From positions 72,225,495 to 72,289,494 of the forward strand of contig NC_052154.1 of assembly GCF_902713615.1 (NCBI RefSeq): a DNA stretch of 64,000 nt, in the 5' to 3' direction. The notes under the pieces were generated by a model. The model searched no databases. It saw nothing but the letters and a program-made list of their open reading frames with translations, and had not been told where the DNA came from. A program made the translations under genes and the position numbers. The stretch is from Scyliorhinus canicula. Its lineage: Eukaryota. Below are positions 50,088 to 62,480 of the stretch, in pieces (position 1 is the stretch's first letter; each line of letters opens with the position of its first letter).

Positions 50088-50191
50088 CTGCAAAGGATGT
50101 GAAAAGTCGAGTGTTGCCTTGGGCCAGCCCAGTGTAGCTGTACCAACTAAATAAAATCACAACAGGAGTCCAAACCAAAGGTACCATATAC
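50088..50191 (-). CDS. FA2H: Fatty acid 2-hydroxylase, coding exon 4
   Basis: ctctttgcag|G TAT ATG...GCA G|gtattc; 104 nt; (W)YMVPLVWTPVVILFSWYSYTGLAQGNTRLFTSFA, first transmembrane helix. Confidence 0.95.
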
Positions 50192-51407
50192 CTGCAAAGA
50201 GAGCACAGAATAAAAACAAACTTTAGAAAGCAATTAGTTGAACATTGAAGTACAGATGCTATTGTTTGGGGAGTATTCTAGATTACCCATGGCACACGTC
50301 CCTCATTTTATTGGATGGATTCCAACCTTCACACACAAAGGCATGCATAATATCCAAGGACATGGTATCTTTACTGCATTCCAGTCAAAAGTCGCTTCAT
50401 TGGTCAGGTGCTTGTTTCATTAATAATGTATGAAGGCCCTCATGAGCTAGAGGCTGGAATGTAATGCAGGGACACTGGAATGTACACATGTATTCTTATC
50501 AACAAGCAAGAGGTTGCAAGAGGTGAGCTCAAAAGCTTTGAATAATGTTCAATCTCCACAAAGTCTTAACAAGTAATGGAACTTTTCCTTATTCATCATG
50601 CAAATACAATCTGTGACGTATAATGCCAACCTTTGTACTGGAATTAATTATAAAGAGATCAATACTGGTCAATTCCCGATTTGAAATCTCTTAAGGAATC
50701 AAACCCATAGTCTTCCATCACAGCTTTTACATGCTGGAGAACAAGAATTATGGTTGCTGCTGATCCCTGTTGCCCTCAAGGCAATACATTTTATTCTGCT
50801 CATCACATAGCCAGAATAGCAGACACAGCTCCAGATACGTGACCAATGTCTCATGTAGAAACAATACAGCTTCATTTGATTGTGTCCAGTCTCTCACTAA
50901 TACAGCCAGATAACTCTGATAAAAAGGCAAAGGTAAGCATCATGTCAACTGTTGTGATGAATGACAGGTACCAGAACATCATATGCAGATCTCTGCTCTC
51001 AAGTTGATTGAGATGCCATTGATTTATTAATGTTGCCAGTTTTCTGAAATAGTCCATTTAACTTTCTTCAAAACAGGATTCTATACAGTACAATACTCTT
51101 CCCCACTTTAGTCTGGTTCCTTTCTGATGTTGAATTTTGTCTGCTGCATATCTTTCTAATTGTATTTCAATTGAATGGTATTCCTGACCCCCACCATATC
51201 AGGCATAAATAAAAACTGAAATCTAAATTGCATGAAGTTAGTTAGTATGTAATCGATTGAATGGAGTTTTTGAACTTTGTTGGTAATATAACTGAAGAGG
51301 CCAATAACGTGCCAAATTTTAGATAAGAATGGTTTCACTTTTGTCACACGTTACTTTCATCACGCATTACTTTCAAAGGCTGGTAATCATTTAAAAAACA
51401 CAACTGA

Positions 51408-51630
51408 GGGCAGCACGATGGCCTAGTGGTTAGCACAACCGCCTCACGGCGCCGAGGTCCCAGGTTCGATCCCGGCTCTGGGTCACTGTCCGTGTGGAGT
51501 TTGCACATTCTCCCCGTGTCTGCGTGGGTTTCGCCCCCACAACCCAAAAATGTGCAGAGTAGGTGGATTGGACACGCTAAATTGCCCCTTAATTGGAAAA
51601 AATAATTGGATAATCTAAATTTAAAAAAAA
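51408..51630 (+). mobile_element. V-type SINE, short form, near-consensus, FA2H intron 3
   Basis: TSD aaaacacaactg. Confidence 0.93.
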
Positions 51631-51699
51631 AGAAAACACAACTGTACTTTCCAAATTCAGGCTGCTAGACTAGGGCCATCATGCTTAACATCACAAATT

Positions 51700-52720
51700 A
51701 CTCTAAACTCCAGAACTTGCCATGCCCCTAGTCTAGCTGTTCCAGTACATCTGGCATCTACCCAGCAATGTGGAAAATTGCCCAAGTGTGTCCTGTATAC
51801 AAGAAACAGGACAAATCCAGCCCAGCCAATTACTGCCGTATCAGTCTAATCTCCATCATTAGCGAAGTGCTGGAAAGAGTCATCAACAGTGCTATCAGCA
51901 TTTACTTAGCAAAAAAAAGGCAACACTTACTTAGCAATAACCTGCTCACAGACACTGTTTGGGTTCCACCAGGGTTCACTGACGAGTCACAAATGGTATG
52001 AATGCTGTGCAATTGTAAGTTCTGAAGCAGTCCATGTCCATATATAGCAAGACCTGGGCAACTTTCAGGCTTGGGCTGAAAAGTGGCAAGTAACATTTGC
52101 ATCCCACAAGTGCCAGGCAATGACCACCTCCAACAAGAGAAAATCTAACCAACTCCCCTTGATATTCAATGGCATCGCTCTCACTGAATCACCCACTATC
52201 AACTGTCCTGGTTGGGGGGGGGGGGGTCACATGTCAAGAGTGTGATGGAATACTCACTTGGCCTGGATGAGTGAAGATCCAACAACACAAGAAGCTCAAC
52301 ACCATCCTAGACAAAGCAGCCCCCTTGATTGGCGCTCCACCCACCACCACAGCATTCACTCCCTCCACCACAAGTACACAGTGGCAGCAGTGTGCCCCAT
52401 ATACAAGATGCATTGCAACTACTTGCTCAGCCTCCTTTGACAGCACCTTCCAAAACCGCATCCTCTGCCACCTAGAAAGACAAGGGCAGCAGAAACCTAG
52501 GAACACCACCACCTGCGAGCACCCCTCCAAGCCACTCACCATCCTGACTTGGAGCTATAATTAATGTTCCTTCACAGTCACTGGGTCAAAGTTTTGGAAT
52601 TGTGGGTGTGTCTAGATGATATGGACTGCAGCAATTTGAGAAGGTGACTTACCAACACCTTCAAGAGAAATTAGGCAACAAATGTCCTTTACTAATGATG
52701 CCCAAATCTCAGGAAATATA
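51700..52720 (+). mobile_element. CR1-clade LINE fragment, FA2H intron 3
   Basis: WKIAQVCPVYKKQDKSSPANYCRISLISIISEVLE; KKLNTILDKAAPLIG. Confidence 0.85.
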
Positions 52721-52861
52721 ACATTTAATCTCCAGTTTTCTATGCTGATCCAGTTCCCTGGAATAAAAGGTTTAATCCAAAATGATGTCCAAAGCCTCTT
52801 TTTCAGTTAAATTACACTGTAGCTCATGAAATATAGGTAAACTGCTACTTTAGTTCCTTAC

Positions 52862-53004
52862 CAGGCGGTTTTGGAGCAGGCCTCTACAAGATCGGAATAG
52901 AAGAGGCGAATGGGCCGATCTACCGGTTGATGCACCCATTCATCATACTTCTCACGCAAATGCCCTACTTGCCACAGCAGGGGTTTTTTCCAGTCTACTA
53001 AATC
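52862..53004 (-). CDS. FA2H: Fatty acid 2-hydroxylase, coding exon 3
   Basis: cctctag|GAT...GCC TG|gtaagg; 143 nt; [47 protein letters not shown](W), a hallmark FA2H/Scs7 segment. Confidence 0.97.
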
Positions 53005-53083
53005 CTAGAGGATTAAAATCAGAGAGATGCACTGTATTAACACCTTGCTTGCATTGCAAATTCAAAATTATGAAAAAATGACA

Positions 53084-53250
53084 TGAAAATCGCTTATTGT
53101 CACGAGTAGGCTTCAAATGAAGTTACTGTGAAGAGCCCCTAGTCGCCACATTCCGGCACCTGTCCGGGGAGGCTGGTACGGGAATCGAACAGTGCTGCTG
53201 GCCTGCCTTGGTCTGCTTTAAAAGCCAGCGATTTAGCCCAGTGAGCTAGG
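53084..53250 (-). mobile_element. tRNA-derived SINE family B, ~80 nt upstream of FA2H exon 3
   Basis: Reverse copy: tgaaaatcgcttattgtcacgagtagg..aaaagccagcgatttagcccagt. Confidence 0.88.
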
Positions 53251-53389
53251 TAGGTAGAGGGGACTTAAGGAACTCAGACCCAATATGGAGCTCACTGGAT
53301 TTGATGGGCTCGGAGTGTTTGTTCAACGTCTTGAATATTTGTTCCATGTCTGAATGCGTGCATTTTACATGAATCTCATACACTACATG

Positions 53390-54907
53390 TAATGCAATAA
53401 ATTCTGGAAAATCTCAGCAGTTCCGACAGCATATGTGAAGTGAGAACTGAGCTAATGTTACGAGTCTGAATGAATCTTTATCAGAGCTATAGGGAATTAG
53501 AAACAGGACGTGATTTTGGGCACGTTTAGCAGAGTGTTTCTCGGTGCCTGCAGCATCGAGAACAATCCCATTATCAAACGGAGTGTTATTTTATTTTGGC
53601 CTTGGTGAGGATCGCCCGCCGAGGACGCACGCACCTCACTTTCTGCACGGACAAGCTCAGCTTGTCAATGCAGGAAGAAATCAGGGTGCCATTTTTAAAT
53701 GCCCCGTCACCCCGATCTCTTAACTCCCCTTGGAATCCCCACCATGGTGTTGTAGGTCCCCCCGTCCCCCCCCCGCCCACCCACCCCCCATATGCCCCAA
53801 CCTATCTGCCTATCTGTTAGAGGGTCCTCGAGCCCCCATCATGCAACCTCATAAGGGTGCAGCACCCTTGGGCCTAATCCCTGGCATGGGCAACCTGGGC
53901 ACTGACAGCCTGGTACCGTGGCAGTCCTGCCAGTGCCACGCAGGCACCCCGGCAGTGCCCCTGCCCAGGTGGCAGTGCCAAGGCAGCAGTGGGAGTGCCA
54001 GTGTATCACCCTGCCTACAGCCCGACTACACGGGGGCTCTGATGGCCTTGGAGATTCCCTCCCCAGGTCCAGTTAGGTCTGGATCACACCATGGTGTGGT
54101 CCTTCGGGTGCGGTCGTTCGCTCCGGGGCCTAACTGCTCATTTAAATATATGTTAATCGTGACATCTTGCGAGGTCCCGTTAGATCTTGCGAGGCATTCA
54201 GTGCATTGCAAATCTCGCAAGAAGCCTCTCGAGAGATTTTTTTTTTTTTTTTAAATTTAGAATATCCAATTCATTTTTTCCAATTAAGGGGCAATTTAAC
54301 GTGGTCAATCCACCTAACCTGCACATCTTTGGGTTGTGGGGGTGAAACCCACGCAGACACAGGGAGAATGTGCAAACTCCTCACAGACAGTGACCCAGGG
54401 CCGGGATTCGAACCCGGGTCCTCAGCGCCGTAGGCAGCAATGCTAATCACTGTGCCACCGTGCCGCCCCTCGAGAGATTTAACGGCCTTGTCACATCACC
54501 GAGTCAGGCCCAATGAGGCCGATCAATGACGCCTCTACTGTTGTGTGTGTGTGCGTCTGCGCGTGTGGGGTCTGGATAGAGGGTCAGTGATAGGTGGAGG
54601 TTAGGAAGAAATTGACAAGGGATTTGTTGACAAAAAGGAATGGGAGTGGTGGCGATCAAGGCTAATAAGGGTAGTGACACATCAGAAAAAAAAGTTTGTG
54701 TTAATGGCAGAAAAAAGGCAAGCAGCACGTCAAAAGAACAACCTGGGACAGGGACTAAATGGCCCTATTGGGGTGGGGGAGATGGCAACAGGGGGAAAAG
54801 GTGGAAAGCAGGAAGGAAAAATGGAAAAAAATGAAAATAAATAGAAAAATAAAAACGGGTAAAGGTGGAGGAGAGAGTTTGCAGTCTGAAGTTGTTGAAC
54901 TTAATGT
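53390..54907 (-). mobile_element. Penelope-like element 3' part, interrupted by a MITE (~53507-54537) that is itself interrupted by a SINE
   Basis: Minus strand IKFNNFR (C-terminus recalled for Penelope GIY-YIG ORFs) at ~54885-54905, pyrimidine-rich UTR, hammerhead-like motif at 53450-53488. Confidence 0.7.
54238..54468 (-). mobile_element. V-type SINE, short form, within a MITE
   Basis: TSD ctcgagagattt on both sides. Confidence 0.93.
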
Positions 54908-55052
54908 AATGGAATGCAAAAAGGATTTATTGATAAAAAATGTATTAATTAGATGTGGAAAGGAAGGACTGTGAGCATCCTAAAAACCCAACATATACCG
55001 GAATGCTAAAGCTGCCTTGCCTTTCCGTAGATTGCAGCAAAATGTTCAACTC

Positions 55053-55275
55053 AGAGGCGGCACAGTGGTTAGCACTGCTGCATCACGCCGCCGAGGACAC
55101 GGGTTCAATCCCAGCCCCAGGTCACTGTCCTTTTGAAGTTTGCACATTCTCCCTGTGTCTGTACGAGTCTCACCCCCACAACCCAAAAGGATGTACAGGA
55201 TAGGTGGATTGGCCACGCTAAATTGCCCCTTAATTAGGGAAAAAAAATAATTGGGTACTCTAAATTTCTTTTTAA
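55053..55275 (+). mobile_element. V-type SINE, short form
   Basis: TSD aaatgttcaactc / aaatgttgaactc. Confidence 0.9.
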
Positions 55276-56034
55276 AGAAATGTTGAACTCTAGGCTTTCC
55301 CTGTAAACGTGGGTGTGAAAATGGACACTACGGTTCTCATTCTGCTTAATTCAACAAGTTATTCAGTGCACCACAAACCATACCGATTCCAGTCAGTTGT
55401 TTCTCAATGTTGCTCCTCTCAATGAACTCAGCACATCACAAGGAGGTCACAGGAGTTTCAGGCCACAAGGCCAGAATCACTCAGCATGGCACAACAATTG
55501 AAATCCAGAGTTACCATTAGGTGATTTAAAAGTTGGACAAGTAACAATTGGCAGCTCACAATACAGGTTTGTCTGTCTAGAATAGAGTAACGAAGACAAT
55601 CATGGAAAATGCAGTTAGTGCACTGTCACGCTAACTAATCCGGCGAGTGTTAACATTCCAGAGTGCAATACTAAGACCATAGCCTTCAGGGCAAAAGGAT
55701 GAGATTTTCCCCAGAATGGACAAATTGAATGGCAAGTTATCCCACGGCACACATTCCAACACTTCAACAAAACCCACCTTGGCGGAGACAGAGAAGCGGG
55801 ATGGTTTTGCCTCTTTCAGGAGAAACAGGGGCACTGAGAAAGAGACTGACATTCAGGTGCAAATTTTAATTACTAAACCCCAAGTACAGCAGTAGTGCAA
55901 TGCCTACTTTAGAGATATTTTACTTCTATATCAGAAAAAAAAAGGTTTGTGAAAGACTAACATAAATGTTAGTATATAGCATTTTAAAACCAACCAACTC
56001 TCCCCTCTTATTTGGTTAAAACACACACATGTAG

Positions 56035-57224
56035 CAAGGGGGGCAGTTTACGAGCATGGAGAAATCGTATGTTGGCGGGCCAGCTCCGTAGGGACGCTGC
56101 GGCAAGGGAAATTGTCCAGGTGCGGGATAAGGCAGGAAATTGGTGGTAGCTCCAGATCAGATTAACAAGGTCTTTAAGGAATTCTATGAGAGGTCAGAGC
56201 CACCTGGGGGAGACTGGGAGATGCAGGAATTTCTAGATGGGCTGGAGTACCCGAGGTTAGGGGAGGGTGACAGGGCTACATTACAGGGGATGATAGTGGA
56301 GCAGGACATAAAAGATGCGACTGGGAGGATGCAGTCGGGGAAGATGGCAGGGCCGCATGAGTTTCTAGTGGATTATAACAAATTCAAAAATAAGCTGGTA
56401 CAGCTGATGGTCGGGATGTTTGAGGAGGCGTTACCACAAAACTTTGGGACAGGCATCGATTTCCCTGTTACTTAAGAAAGATAAGGATCCGACGGAGTGT
56501 GGGTCATATAGGCTCACATCACTTTTAAACGTCGATGCAAAGATATTGGCGAAGGTACTGGTAGGTAAGCTAGAGGAGTGCCTCCTGAAGGTGATAGGTG
56601 AAGATCAGACGGGGTGTGAAAGAGGGAGCTGCTCTTTTTCGAACATTAGGAGGGTATTGAACGTGGTTATGGTATTGGCAGAGGGGAAGGAAATAGAGGT
56701 GGCACTGGATGCTGAGAAAGGGTTTGACCGGGTAGAATGGGGGTACTTGATGGCAGTTCTGGAGCAGTTTGGAATTGGACCCAGATTTGTGGACTGGGTA
56801 AAGGTATTATATAAGGAGCCGAGGGCTAGTGTCCGCACAAGTAACATCAGCTCAGTATTCTTTCCTCTCCACCGTGGGACGAGGTAGTGATGTCCTATGT
56901 CCCCCTTGCTGTTTGCACTTACGATTGAACCATTGGCCATTGCATGAAGAAGTTTGGGGGTATTGAAAGGGATAGTGTGGGGTTGGTGGGTGTCCTTTTA
57001 TGCTGATGACTTATTATTATACGTGCCGGAACCGAAAGTGTCAATAGGGAGAATACTGGAGCTGCTTAGTGTGTTTGGGTCTTTCTCAGGGTATAAATTA
57101 AATCTAGACAAGAGTGAATATTTTGTGGTGTCTCAGTCGGGGGTGGGGGCAGGGGTGGGGGGCTGCTATTCCGTAAGGCAGGGACTCGCTTCAGATACCT
57201 GGGGGTGCAGGTTGCTCGAGATTG

Positions 57225-57261
<37 letters not shown>

Positions 57262-58930
57262 GCTCCGTAGGTACAACATTTGTAGTTTGGTGGGGAGGGC
57301 AAAAGCTGATCTGGCAAGGTGGGATTGTCTCCCTTTGACACTGGCGGGTTGGCTGCAGGCGGTTAAAATGAATGTGCTGCCGTGATTCCGGTTTATTTTC
57401 CAATGCCTGCCGATTTTCCTACCAAAGGCATTTTTTAGAGAGATTGAAGGGATGATTACCTCGTTCATATGGGGAGGGAAGGTGGCCAGAATTAAAAATG
57501 TGCTACCACAGAGAGGAAGGCAGGCAGGGGGTTTGGGTCTTCCGAATCTGATGTATTATTACTGGGCGGCGATAGTGGTGTAGGTACAGAGCTGGGTCAG
57601 AGGGGTTGACACCCAATGGGTCAGAATGGAGGAGAGTTTGGGAAGGGGGTCGGGATTGAAGGTGCTGGCGACAGTGCCACTCCTGACAGCCCCGGGGAAA
57701 TACTCACGGAGTCCGGTAGTAATAGCTTTGTTGAGAATTTGGAGGCAGTTTCGACAGCACTTTGGGTTGGGGCAGGGTCAAGGGAAATGCCGATTCGGGG
57801 GGGACCGTAGATTTGAGCCAGGGAAGTGGGATGAAATTTTCGGAGATGGGAGGAGAAAGGAATTGGGACACTAAAAGATTTGTTTCTTGGGGATCATTTT
57901 GCGGATTGAAGAAGCTGGGAGCAAAGTATGGGCTGGAGTAGGGAGAAATATTTAGATACATGCAGGTACGAGACTTTGCCAGAAAGGAGATACAGAGCTT
58001 CCCAGTAGAGCCGTCCTCCACATTGCTGGAGGAGGTGCTGACGACAGGAGGACTGGAGAAGGGGGTAGTATCTGCAGTATATGGGGCTATTTTGGAGGAG
58101 GAGAAGTCATCACTGGAAGGGATCAAGGCAAAATGGGAGCAAGAGTTGGGAGAGGGTATGGAGGGGGGGTTTTGGGATGAGGTGCTCCGGAGGGTGAACA
58201 CCTCCACCTCGTGTGCGAGGCTGGGGCTGATACAGTTGAAGGTGGTGTACAGAGCGCACCTTACAAGGGAATGGATGAGCCGGCACTTTGAGGGGGTAGA
58301 AGATGGTTGCGGGGGTGGGGGGCGCAAACCACGCTCGTATGCTTTGGCCCTGTCCAAAGCTGGAGGATTACTGGAAGGAGGTGTTTAAGATAATCTCTAA
58401 AGTGGTGCACGTGAAACTGGACCTGGGCCCTCAGGAGGCCATATTCGGGGTGTCGGACCAGCGGGGTTGGAAACGGGCACGGAGGTAGATGTAGCCTTCG
58501 CCTCATTGATCGCCCGAAGGCGGATCCTGTTGGGGTGGAGATCAACCTCTCCACCCTGTGCCCAGGCGTGGCAGGGGGACCTGCTGGAATTCTTGACTTT
58601 TGAGAAGGTCAAATTTGAACTGAGGGGAAGGATGGAGGGATTTTACAATTCATGGGCGTTATTCATTATGCACTTTCGAGAATTGGATCACATTCCAACA
58701 TTATGGGGGCTGGGAGGGTTGTGGGGAGGGGGGACTGAATGTGTTAATGGTGACTATGGGTGATTCCTGATTCCTTTTTGTCATTTGTTTATGTTAACAT
58801 GTGGCTAATGTCTGGGGTTTGGTGGGAGGATGGGATCGTTGTTATTAATATGGGGATTGACATTAGTCATTACTGATTATTGTTTATTGTTGGGTGTAAA
58901 TTTGGGAGAAAATGTGAAAAAGGAGAAAAA
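56035..58930 (+). mobile_element. 5'-truncated L1/Tx1-like LINE, antisense in FA2H intron 2
   Basis: CGSYR..LLNVDAKILAK, LDAEKGFDRVEW, FYADDLLLY and C-terminal region; TSD acacacatgtag; stops and frameshifts. Confidence 0.95.
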
Positions 58931-59680
58931 ACACACATGTAGTATCTGTAGAATTTTCTCTCTACTCCAATCTAAGTATTATTCATTTGGCCATGGTTCG
59001 AAAGGCACTGCAAAACCACCCCAACCATTTATTCAGATATAATCCACCCAAGCATCACAAGCAGGTTGGATTCTGTGCTGATCAGACATCCATACAAACA
59101 GGGCCACACCGATCAAGAATGAAACCTTTTATTAAATTTCCTCTTCTTAATCCAGGAGCACCGAGACCAATTTTGGTTCTCTGGTAGCTGTGAAAGGGTC
59201 CTGCAACTCATGGGCATTATTAGTTATGCACTTTCGAGAATTGGATTGCATCGAACATTGGCGGGGGGGAGGGGGGTATTGGGAGGGTTGGAATTGCTTT
59301 TATTTTCCCAGAACTGTCCATATTCTGGAGCAGACCTTTTTTTTTAAAATAAAATACTAAAATATACTATATATAGTTGAGGATTAATATTGAACACCCA
59401 AAAGAAGGCAGAAAAACTGATCTTATATTCCTCAACACCATTCAGAAATGAATATGCAGTAAATCACCTGCTCAGTTAAACAATATTTTGCAATAGATTA
59501 GGGCTTTAAAGATTTCATCTCCCCCAATTACTCACCCATCCCCCATTGAATTTGGATTATTCTGTATACCCATCAGCTATCGAATGATTCTAGGGAATTT
59601 TAAAGAAAATTACTCCACAGTTGTGCAAAGTTACTCTTGAGTAAAGGATTGACTGACTCCGACTTTAACAAGCCCCTTAC

Positions 59681-59761
59681 GTTATCTGGATCCACCGACT
59701 TGCATCTGGCATCCATCACCGAATTTGATCCCCGATTGGCTGCACTTCGTTCTCGAACAGC
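59681..59761 (-). CDS. FA2H: Fatty acid 2-hydroxylase, coding exon 2 (linker after the cytochrome b5 domain)
   Basis: ttccacag|GCT...AAC|gtaagg; 81 nt, phase 0/0; AVRERSAANRGSNSVMDARCKSVDPDN, resembling the human MEPRFKVVDWDK segment; joins exon 3 in frame. Confidence 0.85.
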
Positions 59762-60133
59762 CTGTGGAATTTTAAAAAGTCAGTCGGTCATAATCCAGTA
59801 TAAAAGCAGAAACCAAACCAACCATGTCGTAGTGAACCACTCATTTGCACAATAATAAAACACAACTTCACTCATGTTTTGGAATTTAATTATTTCAGTT
59901 CTATGGCCTGCACGGGGTAAGGGGAGGAGAGAAAAGCAAGAGAAACAGAAACATCAGCCCGACAGAACCAATGGTTCATCAAGTTACTTTGAGCTCAGTG
60001 AATGAGTAATTGCACAAAGTGCTTAAATTGTACCTTAGTGCAGAGACATCTTTTTCTAAAAATATACTTCATAACATTTGGGAAGATTACATTTGTGAAC
60101 GTAGTGTGTAATGTTAAATTTGAACTGTTGAGT

Positions 60134-60652
60134 TGTCATGTGAGAGTACCTTTAAGACTGCTGGGCTGTCTGTCAGCTTTTTACTTTCGTTTTAGGCTGT
60201 TTGCTGCAGGGTGTTTTTTAGTTTCGTTTACAGAGCTAGATAGCTGCAGTCACAGCCAGAAGGTGTATTAGAGTCGCTCTCTCTCTGTAATCTAAAGACT
60301 GTAAATCGATCCTGGTGATTTAAAACTAACAACAGTAGTGACTTTAACCTGATGTGCTTCTGGTAAAAGGTGTTTTAACGTCTTATGGATGTTAAAAGGA
60401 AAGCTTAGTGTTGTATTCTTTGGGGGTTGTATTTGAATTAATGGTTGTTAAGATGTTCACTGTATGCTTTAAAAAGGTTAACTTGAGTTCATAGAATAAA
60501 CATTGTTTCGCTTTTAAAAATACTTTTCCATTTCTGCTCTACCACACCCGTAGAGTGGGCCGTGTGCTCCCACTACCACAATCTAGTAAAAGTTCTGGGT
60601 CAGGTGAACTCCATGATACACTTTGGGGTTCTCTAAACCCTGGCCCATAACA
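60134..60652 (+). mobile_element. Solo LTR in FA2H intron 1
   Basis: TGTCATG...CATAACA inverted termini, AATAAA at ~60495; only agt is shared by the flanks, so no clean TSD. Confidence 0.7.
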
Positions 60653-62261
60653 AGTGTAAAAGTGCAGAAGAGATCGGTTTCTTCCAATACAGTGTGCGGC
60701 ACTACAATTACAGATTATACTGACAATATTAATTTCATGCTAAACATACAGCCCCAGGGTTTTTAAAAAAAACAAACAGTTCCTAGCCCCGCCATGTACA
60801 ATGATGGGAGTGCACAGACTATGGCGGGCATTTCCTTTAGTGAATCCTTTTGAACATTTCCAGTGAACACAAACAAAATCTTATATCCTTCACCTGGGAG
60901 TAGCCCGATGCAAGTTAAATTTATGCTACACTTCCGGCATACAATTTTCTGCCATCCCCAAGATATTTATTTCTTGGTTGAGGTGCAATTCCATTGGCAC
61001 CAGTCACTTTCCGGAGGAGAGGCAGAAATAAAAATCAAACAAGGAGCTATTATTCTATTGTCATTGCTGTTGAATGCCTGCACCTCCTGCTAGAAGAATG
61101 TGTGGACACCCTCCGATTGAAATGCCACAACATCCCACTCCAAGGCCAATGCAGGATTACATAAATAGTGCACTAGCCACACAATTCCAGTGCTCAGAGC
61201 AGCAAGTAGAATGTTAAAAAATAAATCCTATTTGCAATAATCTGATTTCAAGAGGAGATGCAGATACAAATCAGTAAAATTGATAAACTACCATGAATAT
61301 AATAAGACTTCCTTGAAAGCAGATTAAATGCCATTTGACCAGTATAATTATAAATTTAATACTCAAGTCGAACAGCTGAGCAAGAACTTAGCTGTCTTAG
61401 CTTTGGAAAACAGAACTAGAAACCAAGTCTATTTTGTACAACAGAATACAAATGCCTCAGAAAAAGGCAACATTTCCAACAAAGTATTGAAGTCAGCAAC
61501 TAAGCAAGCCGAAGCTTCAGGAAATGAAACAGAACTGAAACTTGCTGGTCATTATATTTTGCTTCTGCTAAGAAAAGGAGTAATTTGTTTAGAATCGTTC
61601 CATAATTTATTTGGGGAGGGAATAGTGGGTGTTGAGAAAACTACAGAAAAACTGTGCTTAAGCAACATGTACAACACCGGTGATAGAACCAAGTGTATCT
61701 TCTACAAATTAGAAGATAAGGAATGTCTCAGTCTTAGATAGTTTGTTGGATACAAATCCCATTCTCCTTAGGCTACAAGTTACTATACAATTGTGAACAT
61801 TCCTCAAAATTAAAGAAAAATATACCAGCCTGGGGACACACATTTTACAGGTCTCCGAATTACCAGTTAGAAGGACCTCTGCAGGCCTATAAACATAGTC
61901 ACGTTCCATACGTCAATGGGTTTTTGAGAGTGGAATCACATTATCATTGACATACAGGACTGCCTCAGTGTTAAATTCCAGGCTTTCTTAATCAAACTTG
62001 CCCAACCCAGGTCTGCTTGGAATCCCAGGAAACTCCAGATGAACTTGGCTTTCCTTCACTTCTGTCCAGCAGCTCTGTTGTAGGAGTCGGACTCTTTTTA
62101 AAAAAAAAACTCAACGTTGATCTTTTGCATCCAAATTGGGCTTCAAGTGATGCAGAGAGGAACTTTGTGGTATACAGATAAGTTTCTGCAGGGTTTCTTC
62201 ATAGAATACATTAAAATCACCGATAGTCAATGGATGCACATCAGGTGCATGTATGTATTAC

Positions 62262-62480
62262 GTTATTTATTTAAAAATAAATTTACGAGTACCCAATTCT
62301 TTTTCCCCCAATTAAGAGGCAATTTAGCGTGGCCAATTGACCTACCCCGCACATATTTCTGGGTTGTGGGGGTGAGACCAACGCAGACACGGGGGAGAAT
62401 GTGTAAACTCCACGCGGTGAGTGACCCGGGGTCTGTGCGCCGTGAGACAGCAGTGCTAACCACTGCACTACTATGCTGCC
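62262..62480 (-). mobile_element. V-type SINE, short form
   Basis: Reverse copy. Confidence 0.88.
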
